Counted from the stretch's first letter, positions 1 to 11,781 are shown. The stretch is DNA of 64,000 nt from Patescibacteria group bacterium (GCA_028715115.1 JAQUSN010000001.1:191067-255066), one strand, 5' to 3'. Numbers and translations: made by a program. The notes: generated from the letters alone by a model not told the origin.

Positions 1-2577
1 TTCTTCCGACTCTTTTTTGGTTAAAGTAATGCCCTGTTTGTCTCCGCAGTCTTCTTCACGAATAACCACGTCTTGCGAGACATCAACCATACGCCTGGTC
101 AAATAACCAGCGCTGGCGGTTCTTAGGGCCGTATCAGACGTACCCTTACGGGCACCGTGAGTAGAAATAAAATATTCTAATTCATTGAAACCTTCTTTAT
201 AAGAACTCTTAATCGGCAACTCGATTAAGCGGCCTGTCGGAGACGAAACAATGCCCTTCATACCAAGCATTTGAGTTAATTGCGTCCAAGAACCCCGAGC
301 GCCCGACTCAATCATACTTAAAACCGAACCATATGGATCAAGAGTTTTGCGGCAAAGATTGGTAATTTTATCTTTGACTTGCATCCAAGTTTCAATATTT
401 TTCATATAACGTTCATCTTCGGCCAGTAGCCCCATTTCATATTGATGTTGAATCTCGTCAATTCTTTTCTCGGCGGCTTCGAGGATCTCTTTTTTGCCTG
501 GAATATCCGGCAAGTCGTCCATACCCCAGGACAAGCCTGACTCGGTCAAATATTTCAAAGTTAATTCTTTAATATCATCTAATAAGTCTACTGTTCTTTC
601 TTGGCCGTATTTTTCCATACACTTCATAATCAGTTCTTTTAAAACTTTTTTATCAACCACTTTGTCTAAGTTATAAACATCGGTCGGAAAAATGGAATTG
701 AAAATCAAACGGCCAATGCTGATTTCTTTAATCTCTTTGCCAAAACGAATTTTTACTTTTTCTTGTAGATTAATTTTTTTCAAATCATAAGCAATCTGCG
801 CTTGACCAACGTCGGAAAAAACTTTAATTTTATCAGCTGGCTGAATGTCGCGAATAGTCGTTAAATACCAAGCACCCCAAACCATGTCCTTAGATGGCAC
901 AACGATCGGTTCACCGGTGGCCGGTTTTAATAAGTTCTTAGATGATAAAATTATGTCCGCCGCTTCTTTGACGCCTTGCTCGGTAATTGGCACATGCACG
1001 GCCATTTGGTCGCCGTCAAAGTCGGCGTTAAAGGCCGCGCAAACTAAAGGATGAATTTGGATGGCCTTGCCTTCAATTAAAACTGGCTTAAAGGCCTGAA
1101 CTGAAAGGCGATGTAAAGTTGGCGCACGATTTAAAAATACGTAAGCCCCTTTAATGATTTCTTCTAAAATATCCCAGACTTCTTTAGCGCCTGATTCTAT
1201 ATAACGATTGGCACTGCGGACATTGTGAACAATGCCTTGTTTAATAAGCTGAGAAACAACAAATGGTCTGAATAATTCCACTGCCATAATCTTTGGCAGG
1301 CCGCATTGATATAATTTTAAGTGCGGACCAACCACGATAACGCTGCGGCCAGAATAGTCAACGCGTTTACCAAGCAAGTTTTGACGGAAACGACCTTCTT
1401 TCCCCTTTAAGATATCGGCTAAAGATTTTAAAGATCTTCGTTGGCCGGTCGAAGCGATAACGGTTTTACCAGATCTCATTTCGTTATCAATTAAAGCATC
1501 AACTGCTTCTTGTAACATTCTTTTTTCGTTGCGCAAAATAACTTCCGGCGCATGTAAATCTTTTAATCTTTTTAAACGATTATTGCGGTTAATGACGCGG
1601 CGGTATAAATCATTCAAATCAGAAGAAGCAAATCGTCCACCGTCTAGCTGGACCATTGGTCTTAAGTCCGGCGGAATAACTGGGATAACATTCATAATCA
1701 TCCACTCTGGTTTAATGTTCTGGGCTACCAAATTTTTAATTAATTTTAGCCGTTGGATAATTTTTTTCTTTTTAGCCAAAAGCAACGTTCTCTTTTTTCG
1801 TTTTTCAAGATCAACTACCATGGTTTTTAAGTCGAGCTTTCGCAACATTTTAAGCAAGGATTCGGCGCCAATGCCGGCTTCAAATAAATGACCATATTTC
1901 AGCGAAAGGTCGCGATATTTTATTTCTGAAATAATGTTACCGACCTCGATTTCTTCGATTTCTTTTTTAACTGTTTGATATTGTTTAGTGAATTCTTCTG
2001 ATTGTTTATTAAAATCATTCACCTTGTCGCCAAGTTCTTTTTTTAATAATTTCTTTTTGGTTTTGAATTCGTCTTCCAGCTGAGACTTAATTTCCTTTTT
2101 TAATTCTTCTTTCACGTCCGTAATGATAAAGTTCGCGAAGTAAACAACTTTTTCTAGGGCCTGGCCGGAAAGGTCGAGCAATAAACCAATGCGCGAAGGA
2201 ATGCTGCGTAAAAACCAAATGTGAGTAACTGGCGCAGCCAAAGTAATGTGCCCCATTCTCTCGCGGCGAACCAAAGATCTGGTTACTTCTACGCCACAGC
2301 GGTCGCAAACAATACCTCTAAATCTGACTTTTTTGTATTTGCCGCAAGAACACTCCCAATCTTTAACCGGGCCGAAAATCTTTTCGCAAAACAAACCTTC
2401 TCTCTCAGGTTTTTGCGTACGATAATTAATGGTCTCAGGCAAAAGAACTTCGCCATAAGACCAAGCTAAAATATCCTGCGGAGAGGCTAATCTCAGTCTA
2501 ATAGCGTCGAAATTAATCATGGGCCGAGCCATTTCGGTCGGGAGAATTAATGTTTTTGTTGAACCTGGTAATGACAT
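1..2577 (-). CDS. rpoC: DNA-directed RNA polymerase subunit beta' (5' part; runs off the window)
   Basis: Manual translation from ATG at 2577: MSLPG...FDAIRLRLASPQDILAWSYGEVLLPETINYRTQKPEREGLFCEKIFGP; NADFDGD motif near 1010-1030; directly downstream of rpoB. Absent from the ORF track because there is no stop in the window. Confidence 0.98.
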   Translation of the reverse strand, partial: MSLPGSTKTLILPTEMARPMINFDAIRLRLASPQDILAWSYGEVLLPETINYRTQKPEREGLFCEKIFGPVKDWECSCGKYKKVRFRGIVCDRCGVEVTRSLVRRERMGHITLAAPVTHIWFLRSIPSRIGLLLDLSGQALEKVVYFANFIITDVKEELKKEIKSQLEDEFKTKKKLLKKELGDKVNDFNKQSEEFTKQYQTVKKEIEEIEVGNIISEIKYRDLSLKYGHLFEAGIGAESLLKMLRKLDLKTMVVDLEKRKKRTLLLAKKKKIIQRLKLIKNLVAQNIKPEWMIMNVIPVIPPDLRPMVQLDGGRFASSDLNDLYRRVINRNNRLKRLKDLHAPEVILRNEKRMLQEAVDALIDNEMRSGKTVIASTGQRRSLKSLADILKGKEGRFRQNLLGKRVDYSGRSVIVVGPHLKLYQCGLPKIMAVELFRPFVVSQLIKQGIVHNVRSANRYIESGAKEVWDILEEIIKGAYVFLNRAPTLHRLSVQAFKPVLIEGKAIQIHPLVCAAFNADFDGDQMAVHVPITEQGVKEAADIILSSKNLLKPATGEPIVVPSKDMVWGAWYLTTIRDIQPADKIKVFSDVGQAQIAYDLKKINLQEKVKIRFGKEIKEISIGRLIFNSIFPTDVYNLDKVVDKKVLKELIMKCMEKYGQERTVDLLDDIKELTLKYLTESGLSWGMDDLPDIPGKKEILEAAEKRIDEIQHQYEMGLLAEDERYMKNIETWMQVKDKITNLCRKTLDPYGSVLSMIESGARGSWTQLTQMLGMKGIVSSPTGRLIELPIKSSYKEGFNELEYFISTHGARKGTSDTALRTASAGYLTRRMVDVSQDVVIREEDCGDKQGITLTKKESEE

Positions 2578-2615
2578 ATAATTATAATTTCTAATTTTTA
2601 ATTTTCAATTATTAA

Positions 2616-5600
2616 TTATTTTTTATTTTCCGATTCGTTTAGGCCGATTTTTTTACCGTCTTTCATTAATTCAACGTTTAATCCCAGACCTTTTAATTCG
2701 CGGACTAAAACGCTAAATGATTCTGGCAGGTTAATTTCTTTAATTGGCTCGCCCCGAATAATCGATTCGTAGGCCCGAGTACGTCCCGGCACATCATCTG
2801 ATTTAATCGTTAACATTTCTTGTAAAGTATAAGCCGCGCCATAGCCTTCGAGCGCCCAGACTTCCATTTCACCAAAACGTTGGCCGCCAAATTGCGCCTT
2901 ACCGCCCAACGGCTGCTGGGTAATAAGTGAATATGGACCAATCGAACGTTGATGAATTTTATCTTCAACAAGGTGATTTAGTTTCATCATATAAATATAA
3001 CCAACAGTAGTTTTTTCTTTAAACGGCTCCCCGTTTCGGCCATCGTAAAGTGTAATTTTCCCTGATTGTGGAAAATTAATTTTCTTAAGTTCCTGTTTAA
3101 TCATTTCTTCGGTCACACCGGCTAGGGCAGGTGAAGCGGCTTTATAGCCCAACTTTTTGGCGGCAATGCCGAGGTGGGTTTCTAAAATTTGACCAAGATT
3201 CATTCTGGAGACCACGCCAAGCGGATTTAAAATAATATCAACCGGCGTACCATCGGCTAAATAAGGCATATCTTCTTCGGCAACTACGCGAGAAACCACG
3301 CCCTTATTGCCGTGACGCCCGGCCATTTTATCGCCAACCTGAATTTTTCTTAGATCAGCCACCAAAATTTGGATTGATTTGGTCACGCCTGAGGATAGTT
3401 TATCGCCTTGCTCTCGCGAGAAAATTTTCACACCGATAACTTTGCCATGCTCGCCGTGTTCAAGATATAAAGATGAGTCGCGTACATCTTTGGCTTTTTC
3501 TCCAAAAATAGCGCGCAATAATTTCTCTTCAGCTGATAGTTCGGTTTCGCCCTTGGGCGTAATCTTGCCGACTAAAATATCGCCAGACTTTACTTCCGCG
3601 CCTACGTAAACGATTCCTTCTTCGTCAAGATTTTTTAATTTTTCTTCGCCGACGTTTGGTATGTCGCGAGCAATCATCTCTGGACCAAGCTTTGTTTCGC
3701 GAACCTCAACAACGTGTTCGTCAATGTGAATTGAACTTAAAATATGATCTTTGACTAAGCGCGAAGAAATTAAAATCGCGTCTTCATAGTTTCCACCCTC
3801 CCAAGACATAAACGCGACTAAAATATTGGTTCCCAATGCTAATTCTCCTTGGTCGGTAGAAGCGCCATCGGCTAAGACATCACCGCGCTTAACGTTTTGT
3901 CCTTTATGGACAACTGGCGCTTGTGAAAAACAAGTATCGGCGTTGGAACGAATAAATTTTTCTAACTCATAAACGTCTTCGCCGCCGGCGTTTCTTTTAA
4001 CTACAACATGGGCGCCATCAACTTCGCTGACCTCGCCCGCTTCTTTGACTAAAATAACGTGACCAGTGTCGCGAGCAACCTTACCCTCAATGCCAGTACC
4101 AACCAAAGGTGACTCCGGTTTAATCAAAGGCACGGCCTGTCTTTGCATATTAGAACCCATAAGCGCGCGAGTAGCGTCGTCATGCTCAAGAAAAGGAATT
4201 AAAGAGGTGGCCACACTGACAATCTGATTAGGAGCCACGTCAATGTAATCTACTTCTTTGGCAGAACAAAAGCCGGGACGACCGTAAATTCGTCCCTCTA
4301 CTCTGGTGTCAATAATTCTGCCTTTGTCGTCTGATTGGGTTGAAAAAGAAGCAATAATATGTCTTTCTTCTTCTAGAGCGTTTAAATAAACTACTTCTTC
4401 AGTTAGTTGCCCGTTTTTTACTTTGCGATAGGGTGTTTCGATAAAGCCATATTCATTGAGCCGCGCGTAACAAGACAAGTGTCCGACTAAACCGACGTTC
4501 GGGCCTTCTGGAGTAGCAATCGGACAAATGCGGCCATAGTAAGTGCGGTGCACGTCGCGAATTTCGAAACCGGCTCTTTCTTTGGCTAAACCGCCCGGAC
4601 CAGTAACGGTCAAACGACGTTTATGTTCCAGCTCGGCCAAAGGATTAATCTGGTCCATAAATTGTGATAGTTGGCTGGACATAAAAAACTCTCGAATGAC
4701 ACCGACTATCGGGCGCGAATTAATTAATTGATTGGGTGCCAAATCGCGAACATCAATTGTACTCATTCTGTCGCGAATAATTCTTTGCAGTCTCATCATG
4801 CCTACGCGCATGCGACTTTGGGTTAATTCACCCGCGGCGCGAATGCGGCGGTTAGACAAATGATCAATATCGTCCGGCTCTTCTTGAGCAATATTTAAAC
4901 GAATAATTTCTGACATAATAGCCACTAAGTCTTCTGGCTGTAAAACTCTAGCCTCGACTTCTTTGACTTGTTTAGAAAAAGGCCACTTACCCTGTTCGGC
5001 TAATAATTTATAACGCTGATTAATTTTATAACGACCAACTGCTGATAAATCATATCTGTTAGAATTAAAAAACATCGCCTGGATTAATGATTTAGCATTA
5101 TCTGGTGTAGCTAATTCTCCTGGGCGGATTTTGCGATAAATTTCAATCAAGCCTTCATCTTCGGAAGCAGAAGGATCTTTCTCTATGGTTGAATTCATGT
5201 ATTTAACATCTGGATCAATGTCTAATTTTTTGAATAAATCTAGAATTTCCTGGTCGCTACCAAAGCCAAAGGCGCGTAAAAGCGAAGTGGCAACCGCCTT
5301 GCGCTGTCTATCAATACGCACCCAAATAACGTGATTGGCGTCGGTTTCAAATTCAAGCCAAGCGCCTCGTTCGGGGATAATCTTGGCGCCATAAAAAAAC
5401 CGCCCGCGAATGTTTTCTCTTGTGAAATACACGCCGGGCGATCTAATGAGCTGATTTACGATAACTCGCTCAATGCCATTGATAATAAAGGTGCCTCGAT
5501 CAGTCATCAAAGGAATATCTCCAAAATAGACCTCTTGGTCTACTTTTTTGCCGCTTTTCTTATTGATTAGGCGGGCCTTTACTTTTAGGGCCGCTTCATA

Positions 5601-5825
5601 AGTAAGATTACGGGCCTTGGAAACTCGTTCGTCGAATTTGGGTTCATCTAAATAACAATCAAGAAGGTGGAGTTCTAAGTTTCGGCCAACGAAATCAGTA
5701 ATAGGCGAGAACTCGCGCAATAATTCTTTTAGTCCCCTTTTTAAAAACCACTGATAGGAGTTTTTCTGGACTTCGACTAAGTCCGGAAGTTGGGTTGTTT
5801 TGAAAGGCGCAAGAAAAGTTCTCAT
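2616..5825 (-). CDS. rpoB: DNA-directed RNA polymerase subunit beta (compact form)
   Basis: GTFIINGIERVIV, GDKMAGRHGNKGV, GGQRFGEMEVWALE motifs. Confidence 0.99.
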   Translation of the reverse strand: MRTFLAPFKTTQLPDLVEVQKNSYQWFLKRGLKELLREFSPITDFVGRNLELHLLDCYLDEPKFDERVSKARNLTYEAALKVKARLINKKSGKKVDQEVYFGDIPLMTDRGTFIINGIERVIVNQLIRSPGVYFTRENIRGRFFYGAKIIPERGAWLEFETDANHVIWVRIDRQRKAVATSLLRAFGFGSDQEILDLFKKLDIDPDVKYMNSTIEKDPSASEDEGLIEIYRKIRPGELATPDNAKSLIQAMFFNSNRYDLSAVGRYKINQRYKLLAEQGKWPFSKQVKEVEARVLQPEDLVAIMSEIIRLNIAQEEPDDIDHLSNRRIRAAGELTQSRMRVGMMRLQRIIRDRMSTIDVRDLAPNQLINSRPIVGVIREFFMSSQLSQFMDQINPLAELEHKRRLTVTGPGGLAKERAGFEIRDVHRTYYGRICPIATPEGPNVGLVGHLSCYARLNEYGFIETPYRKVKNGQLTEEVVYLNALEEERHIIASFSTQSDDKGRIIDTRVEGRIYGRPGFCSAKEVDYIDVAPNQIVSVATSLIPFLEHDDATRALMGSNMQRQAVPLIKPESPLVGTGIEGKVARDTGHVILVKEAGEVSEVDGAHVVVKRNAGGEDVYELEKFIRSNADTCFSQAPVVHKGQNVKRGDVLADGASTDQGELALGTNILVAFMSWEGGNYEDAILISSRLVKDHILSSIHIDEHVVEVRETKLGPEMIARDIPNVGEEKLKNLDEEGIVYVGAEVKSGDILVGKITPKGETELSAEEKLLRAIFGEKAKDVRDSSLYLEHGEHGKVIGVKIFSREQGDKLSSGVTKSIQILVADLRKIQVGDKMAGRHGNKGVVSRVVAEEDMPYLADGTPVDIILNPLGVVSRMNLGQILETHLGIAAKKLGYKAASPALAGVTEEMIKQELKKINFPQSGKITLYDGRNGEPFKEKTTVGYIYMMKLNHLVEDKIHQRSIGPYSLITQQPLGGKAQFGGQRFGEMEVWALEGYGAAYTLQEMLTIKSDDVPGRTRAYESIIRGEPIKEINLPESFSVLVRELKGLGLNVELMKDGKKIGLNESENKK

Positions 5826-6223
5826 AAAATATATTTAAAATGAATTATGAATAATTTTTATAAGCAGCAAAAATTCCTCTCGCCACAAAATGAGCTGAGA
5901 GGTTTGAAGTAGTTTTAATTGTTTACCTAGAAAAATACATTTAGGGCGAAACGTTCGCTAAACGATTAATATTTTCTAGAAAACCTAGAAAATAGACTAC
6001 TAGGTCAGTGCTATATATTTTAGTGATTTTTACTTATTTGTCAAGCTAGAATGTCGAGTTTTCCACAGATTTTCCGACCCTTAGGCCATAAACCCTTGAA
6101 AAATTTATTATTTTTGATAGACTAAGATTCTATAATAATCAACCGAAAAGATTAAGAAATTTAATTAGCCCTTAATCTTTGGCCGGTTATTAAAATTATT
6201 ATATAAAGAGGACAATATTTAAT

Positions 6224-7300
6224 ATGCCTACAAAATTAAAAAGCAAAACCGACCACGATATATCTGAAGCTTCGGATATTAATTTCCCGAAAATAAACGA
6301 TTTATTGGAAGGAACGGTGGTCGAAATTAAAAGAAATGAAGTCTACCTTGATTTAAGCGGTTCAGCAACCGGTTTGGTTCGCGGCCCGGAACTAGAAGAT
6401 GAGTTAGGTGAATATTCTAATTTAAAAGTTGGCGACCAGGTAATGGCCACTGTTATTGATACTGATAACGAAAAAGGCTTGGTAGAGCTATCTTTCCGTC
6501 ATGCCGGCCACATCAAGGCCTGGAAAAAACTCCAGGAAATCATGAGTGAAAAGAATTTAATCGAGGTAAAAGTAACGGGCGCTAATGCCGGTGGATTAAT
6601 CATTCAATACGGCAAATTAAACGGATTTCTGCCCACCTCGCAGCTAGGATTTGATCATTTTCCTCGTGTAGAAAATGGCGACCGCAATAAAATCTTAGAA
6701 ATTCTTAAAAAGTACGTTAATCAAACCTTTAAGGTTAAAATCATTGGTCTGTCTGAAGAAGAAAACAAGCTTATTGTAAGCGAAAAAGAAGTGGCCAAAA
6801 CAGCCAGGGGCGGCAAAGAATTTAAAATCGGAGACCAAGTTGAAGGAGAAGTCCAGGGATTGGTAGATTTTGGCGCTTTTATTAAATTTGACGGCCAAGA
6901 AGGCCTGTGCCACATATCAGAAATTGCTTGGCGACGACTTGATCATCCGTCAGACATCTTAAAAATTCACGATAAGGTCAAAGCTGAAATTATCGGTATG
7001 GAAGACGGTCGATTTTCGCTCTCCATTAAAAAACTATTACCCGATCCTTGGTCGAAAATAAACGAAAAGTATAAAATTGGACAAGGAGTTGATTGTAAGA
7101 TCTTAAAAATTAATCCCTTCGGTTTCTTTGTTGAACTTGACCCGGAAATCCACGGCTTGGTCCATGTCTCCGAGTTTCCTGACGATCAAAAAGATCCGTC
7201 AAAACTAGCCAAGGTTGGTGATATAATGAAGTTTCGAATAATTTCTATTGAACCCGAAGATCACCGCCTAGGATTAAGCCTGAAAGACCTTAAAGAATAA
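6224..7300 (+). CDS. rpsA: 30S ribosomal protein S1 (4 S1 domains)
   Basis: Repeated S1 motifs (DFGAFIKF..GLCHISEI, PFGFFVEL..GLVHVSE). Confidence 0.9.
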   Translation: MPTKLKSKTDHDISEASDINFPKINDLLEGTVVEIKRNEVYLDLSGSATGLVRGPELEDELGEYSNLKVGDQVMATVIDTDNEKGLVELSFRHAGHIKAWKKLQEIMSEKNLIEVKVTGANAGGLIIQYGKLNGFLPTSQLGFDHFPRVENGDRNKILEILKKYVNQTFKVKIIGLSEEENKLIVSEKEVAKTARGGKEFKIGDQVEGEVQGLVDFGAFIKFDGQEGLCHISEIAWRRLDHPSDILKIHDKVKAEIIGMEDGRFSLSIKKLLPDPWSKINEKYKIGQGVDCKILKINPFGFFVELDPEIHGLVHVSEFPDDQKDPSKLAKVGDIMKFRIISIEPEDHRLGLSLKDLKE

Positions 7301-7375
7301 AACGGTTTAATCTCTTTAAAGATATTGACTTTGCTCGTGGAGAAAATTTGTTAAAACTTTCATTAAATTTTGCTT

Positions 7376-9193
7376 ATGAAAATATTATTGAAAAATTTTC
7401 TTATCTTTTTGATAATTTTTTTAATATTAGCTGGCGTTTTGAGTTTATTGGGATCGTCTGGCGCTAAAACCGAACAAATTTCTGTTAGCCAGTTGGTGAC
7501 CGAGGTTTCTACCGGCCAAGTAAAAACCATTGCTTTAACCGGCAACCGCCTAGACGTTGTTTTGAATAATGGCCAACGTCAATTAGCCTACAAAGGAGAT
7601 GGCGACTTTATCGCGCTCTTAAAAAATTACGGAGTCGATCAAAATAAATTAAATTCTTTTGAGTTCCAGGTAAAAAACAGTTCTGGTCAGAGCATTTGGG
7701 CCACTACGATTTTGCCGATCGGTATACCGCTTATTTTTATAATCGGTTTTTTTGTTTTTCTACAACGGCAAATGCGCGGCGCCGGCAACCAAGCTTTTAA
7801 GTTTGGCGAAAGCCAGGCCAGAGAAATAGGTCCGCTGGATAAAAAAACTAAAATCACCTTTAAGGATGTAGCCGGAGTAAGCGAGGCTAAGTCAGAATTA
7901 GGCGAAATTATTGAATTCTTAAAAAATCCCCGAAAATTCATTAATTTAGGAGCAAAAATTCCTAAGGGCGTACTTTTGGTCGGCGGTCCGGGCACGGGCA
8001 AAACCCTATTAGCTCGAGCTGTGGCTGGAGAAGCTAATGTGCCATTTTTCCATATATCCGGATCTGAATTTGTGGAAATGTTTGTCGGTGTCGGCGCTAG
8101 CCGAGTGCGCGATTTATTCCGCCGAGCTAAAAAAAATCTGCCTTGTATTATTTTTATCGACGAAATCGACGCTGTTGGCCGCCAACGCGGCGCCGGATTG
8201 GGCGGCTCACATGATGAACGAGAACAAACTTTAAACCAAATTTTAGTAGAGCTCGACGGTTTTGAACCCAACATTGGATTAGTGGTGATGGCCGCTACTA
8301 ATCGACCTGATATTTTAGATCCGGCACTACTGCGGCCCGGCCGTTTTGATCGTAAGGTTATTTTAGATATGCCGAGCATTAAAGACCGCGAAGAAATTTT
8401 AAAAATTCATAGCCAAAATAAACCCTTGGCATCGACTGTAAATCTAAAAAAAGTAGCTGAACGTACTCCTGGTTTTTCTGGCGCTGATTTATCAAATTTA
8501 ATGAACGAGGCGGCCATTTTAACCGCCCGGCGCAATAAAAACAAAATCGGCCAATTAGAAATTTTAGAAAGCATTGAAAAGGTTTTGCTCGGCCCAGAAC
8601 GTCGTAGTCGCGTTTTTAGTGAAAAAGAGCGCGAGATTAGCGCTTATCATGAAGCAGGACACGCTTTAGTGGCTCATGAACTGCCTGGTTGCGATAAAGT
8701 CCAAAAAGTTTCCATCATTTCTCGCGGCCAAGCCGGCGGTTATACTTTAATTACGCCCGAAGAAGACAAATATTTAAAAAATAAAAATGAATTTTTAGAC
8801 AACGTAGCCGGACTTTTAGGTGGATTTGTAGCCGAAGAAGAAACTTTTAAACAAACCACTACTGGTTCGAGCAGTGACCTCAAAAAAGCCACCGACCTAA
8901 TTAAAAGAATGGTTACCCAATTTGGCATGAGTGATCTTTTGGGCCCTCGAACTTTTGGCGAAAAAGAAGAACTAATTTTTCTGGGTCGCGAAATCAGCGA
9001 ACAACGTGATTATTCAGAAAAAACAGCTCAATTAATTGACGAGGAAGTGTCTAAATTAATAACTTTATGCTATAATAAAGCCAAGGAAATCGTTAAAAAC
9101 AAAAAGGCTTATTTAGAAAAAATAGCTAAATTGCTTTTAGAAAAAGAAACTTTGGAAAAAAATGAGTTTGAAAAAATATTTACTACTCCTTAA
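7376..9193 (+). CDS. ftsH: ATP-dependent zinc metalloprotease FtsH
   Basis: Two N-terminal TMs, GPGTGKT Walker [38 protein letters not shown]. Confidence 0.98.
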   Translation: MKILLKNFLIFLIIFLILAGVLSLLGSSGAKTEQISVSQLVTEVSTGQVKTIALTGNRLDVVLNNGQRQLAYKGDGDFIALLKNYGVDQNKLNSFEFQVKNSSGQSIWATTILPIGIPLIFIIGFFVFLQRQMRGAGNQAFKFGESQAREIGPLDKKTKITFKDVAGVSEAKSELGEIIEFLKNPRKFINLGAKIPKGVLLVGGPGTGKTLLARAVAGEANVPFFHISGSEFVEMFVGVGASRVRDLFRRAKKNLPCIIFIDEIDAVGRQRGAGLGGSHDEREQTLNQILVELDGFEPNIGLVVMAATNRPDILDPALLRPGRFDRKVILDMPSIKDREEILKIHSQNKPLASTVNLKKVAERTPGFSGADLSNLMNEAAILTARRNKNKIGQLEILESIEKVLLGPERRSRVFSEKEREISAYHEAGHALVAHELPGCDKVQKVSIISRGQAGGYTLITPEEDKYLKNKNEFLDNVAGLLGGFVAEEETFKQTTTGSSSDLKKATDLIKRMVTQFGMSDLLGPRTFGEKEELIFLGREISEQRDYSEKTAQLIDEEVSKLITLCYNKAKEIVKNKKAYLEKIAKLLLEKETLEKNEFEKIFTTP

Positions 9194-9200
9194 TTAGTTT

Positions 9201-10100
9201 ATGTTAAAATCTCTTATTAAAACCTCCTGGCAAATTGTTTGGCAAAATCCTATTTTGTGGATTTTTGGCTTTTTTAGTACGATTTTAACCGGCAATGAAA
9301 TTAGTTTTGTTGTCAATAATTTTCAAAATTTTTCCAATAGCTTTAATAATAACTCTGTTTTAACCCAAATCACTGGCTTTAATTTTTCATCAACCCCGCT
9401 TCGTTGGTGGGGCCTTTTGTTAATTATTATTTTCTTTTTGATTTTACTATTTCTGGTGGTCTGGTCGCAGGTTGGATTAATTTTGGGCGCTAAACAGCAG
9501 ACTAGCGGCGCTAGGCCTAATTTTAAAGAAATCATGAAACGAATTGGCCACTATTTCCTGCCTTCTTTTTTGATTAATTTTGCCGCTTTAATTATTGTTT
9601 ACGTGGTTTTTGCTGTTATTAGAGTTTCTTTGGTTAGCCTCGTTTATTCTAATCATTTAATTTGGCCTGTTCTTTATTTTTTTATTAATTTAATTTTATT
9701 TATACCTATTTCTTTAATTGTTTATTTTCTTGCTCGCTTTGCTGTGATTAATTTAGTTCTAACCGACGATCCTTTTATGGCCAGCCTTAAAAAGTCTTGG
9801 AAATTTTTATTTAAAAGCTGGTTAACAGTTCTTATTTTGGTTGTTGTTTGGGGTTTAATTGGTTTTGTTTTTGGCTTAATCTTGTTTGTTTTATCATCAA
9901 CCACAGCTGCTCCGTTTGTTATTTTGGTCGCCCTAACTTCTTTGTTAAAATTTAATATGAGTTTTCCACTGGTTTTAGGCATTATATTATTTTTAATTGG
10001 GATTATTTTTGTTTTTTTGGAAGCTTTGTTTTTCTCTTGGCAAAACACGTCTTGGATCCTGTTTTATTTGGGGAAAAAGAGTGAGCAAAAAACTTCCTAA
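9201..10100 (+). CDS. multi-pass membrane protein, unknown function
   Basis: 299-aa ORF with about 6 hydrophobic segments; operon position after ftsH. Confidence 0.8.
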   Translation: MLKSLIKTSWQIVWQNPILWIFGFFSTILTGNEISFVVNNFQNFSNSFNNNSVLTQITGFNFSSTPLRWWGLLLIIIFFLILLFLVVWSQVGLILGAKQQTSGARPNFKEIMKRIGHYFLPSFLINFAALIIVYVVFAVIRVSLVSLVYSNHLIWPVLYFFINLILFIPISLIVYFLARFAVINLVLTDDPFMASLKKSWKFLFKSWLTVLILVVVWGLIGFVFGLILFVLSSTTAAPFVILVALTSLLKFNMSFPLVLGIILFLIGIIFVFLEALFFSWQNTSWILFYLGKKSEQKTS

Positions 10101-10221
10101 AATCCTTGATTTTGCTATAATATACCTATCTTTTCCATATTTCCACCTACTTATTATTATTACTAATTTATAATATATAAATAGATTATAATACAACAGT
10201 GAAAATTTTCTAAGAAGTTTT

Positions 10222-11334
10222 ATGAAATTAACAGTTCTGCAAGAAAACTTAAATAAAATTTTATCTCAACTTAGTCGTTTAACAAGCACAAAGGCGACTT
10301 TGCCAATTTTAAATAACGTTTTAATTGAAGCCGAAAAAGGAGTTTTGAAATTAAGCACGACCAATTTAGAAATAGCGATTAGTACTCAAATTAGGGCTAA
10401 AGTAGAAAGGGAGGCGAAAATAACCATTCCTTGCCAAATTTTTGCCAACTTTGTTAATTTATTAGATAAGGGTCCGATAGATATCGAGCTTTTAGAAAGC
10501 AATGAAGTTAGCTTGAAGTCAAAAAATAGCGTAACTAAAATAAAGGGCACGGTGGCCGAAGAATTTCCAATTATTCCTCAAGTAGATCATAAAAATTTTT
10601 TCAAAGTTAACGCCCTAGATTTAAAGCAAGCTCTAGATAAGGTTGCTTTTACCGTTTCGCCAAACGAAACGCGCGCTGAAATTAGTGGTGTTTTATTTTC
10701 CTTTAACCCAGAAAACGACATTTTAACCCTAGTCGGCACCGATAGTTATCGTTTAGCAGAGAAAAGTTTTAAGGTTATCGAATCTAATATTAAAGAATCG
10801 CACAGCCTAATTGTTCCGGCGCGAACAATTCAAGAATTAAGTCGGATCGTCGAAGAAAAAGGAGTAATTGAAATTTATTTTGCCGAAAATCAAGTTTTAT
10901 TCATCTATGAAGCTACAGAAATAATTTCGCGTATTATAAATGGCGAATATCCCGACTATCGGCAAATTATTCCTCAAACTTTTGCCACTCGCGCCCTAAT
11001 GGAGAAAGAAGCTCTTTTAAGGGCGGTTAAGGCTGTTAGTCTATTCACTAAAATTGGTTTAAATGACATTAATTTAAAATTCCAGGCTAGCGGCGACAAA
11101 ACCATTGTTTCTTCTTTAAATAGTCAGGTGGGCGAAAGCCAGATTGACTTAAAGGCAGAAATAAAAGGCGAAGACAATGAGATTATTTTTAATTATCGAT
11201 ATTTATTGGATGGACTTTTAAATATTGGCGGCGATGAAGTGAGTTTAAATATTGTTAATGACAATTCGGCGGCAGTTATAACCTCACCAACCGAAAAGGA
11301 CTATTTGTATTTGGTTATGCCTATTAAAAAATAA
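10222..11334 (+). CDS. dnaN: DNA polymerase III beta sliding clamp
   Basis: TLPILNNVL, GTDSYRLA, GEYPDYRQIIP, C-terminal YLVMPI. Confidence 0.98.
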   Translation: MKLTVLQENLNKILSQLSRLTSTKATLPILNNVLIEAEKGVLKLSTTNLEIAISTQIRAKVEREAKITIPCQIFANFVNLLDKGPIDIELLESNEVSLKSKNSVTKIKGTVAEEFPIIPQVDHKNFFKVNALDLKQALDKVAFTVSPNETRAEISGVLFSFNPENDILTLVGTDSYRLAEKSFKVIESNIKESHSLIVPARTIQELSRIVEEKGVIEIYFAENQVLFIYEATEIISRIINGEYPDYRQIIPQTFATRALMEKEALLRAVKAVSLFTKIGLNDINLKFQASGDKTIVSSLNSQVGESQIDLKAEIKGEDNEIIFNYRYLLDGLLNIGGDEVSLNIVNDNSAAVITSPTEKDYLYLVMPIKK

Positions 11335-11438
11335 TCATTATTAATTTTTTTATTTTGCCGGTGGCTAAAACCATTTTAGGCAAAACAAAGGTCGTCCCAT
11401 TTTTATTTAATCCTTAAAAAGGATTAAGAGGTAATACT

Positions 11439-11714
11439 ATGAATAAAGCTGAATTAATCGAACAGTTAGCCGGCAAGGTGGGCGCCGACTCCAAGGCCGA
11501 AGTCGGTCGTTGGATTGACGCTTTCGTTGATATGGTCATCGGCACCTTAAAGAAAGGCGACGAAGTCGCTATCGCTGGTTTTGGTACTTTTATAGCCAAG
11601 ACTCGCGCTGCTCGAACTGGTCGAAATCCAAAGACTGGAGAAAGCATTCAGATTAAAGCCACTAAGGTTCCAAAATTCAAGGCTGGAAAGGGCTTTAAAG
11701 ATGCTTTAAAATAA
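11439..11714 (+). CDS. hup: HU family DNA-binding protein
   Basis: [32 protein letters not shown]. Confidence 0.97.
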   Translation: MNKAELIEQLAGKVGADSKAEVGRWIDAFVDMVIGTLKKGDEVAIAGFGTFIAKTRAARTGRNPKTGESIQIKATKVPKFKAGKGFKDALK

Positions 11715-11741
11715 AAATTAAAGCCAAATCTTCAGTACTGA

Positions 11742-11781
11742 AAATAAAATCCCTTATTTATTAAAAATAAGGGATTTTATT
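11742..11781 (+). terminator. AT-rich hairpin after hup
   Basis: aataaaatcccttattt-loop-aaataagggattttatt inverted repeat. Confidence 0.6.

Noticed and set aside
494-5570. Plus-strand ORFs over rpoC/rpoB, and similar antisense ORFs over ftsH, recA, aspS, secD, cca and ruvA
   Set aside because: Shadow frames of well-conserved genes on the opposite strand; no independent start signals or motifs.
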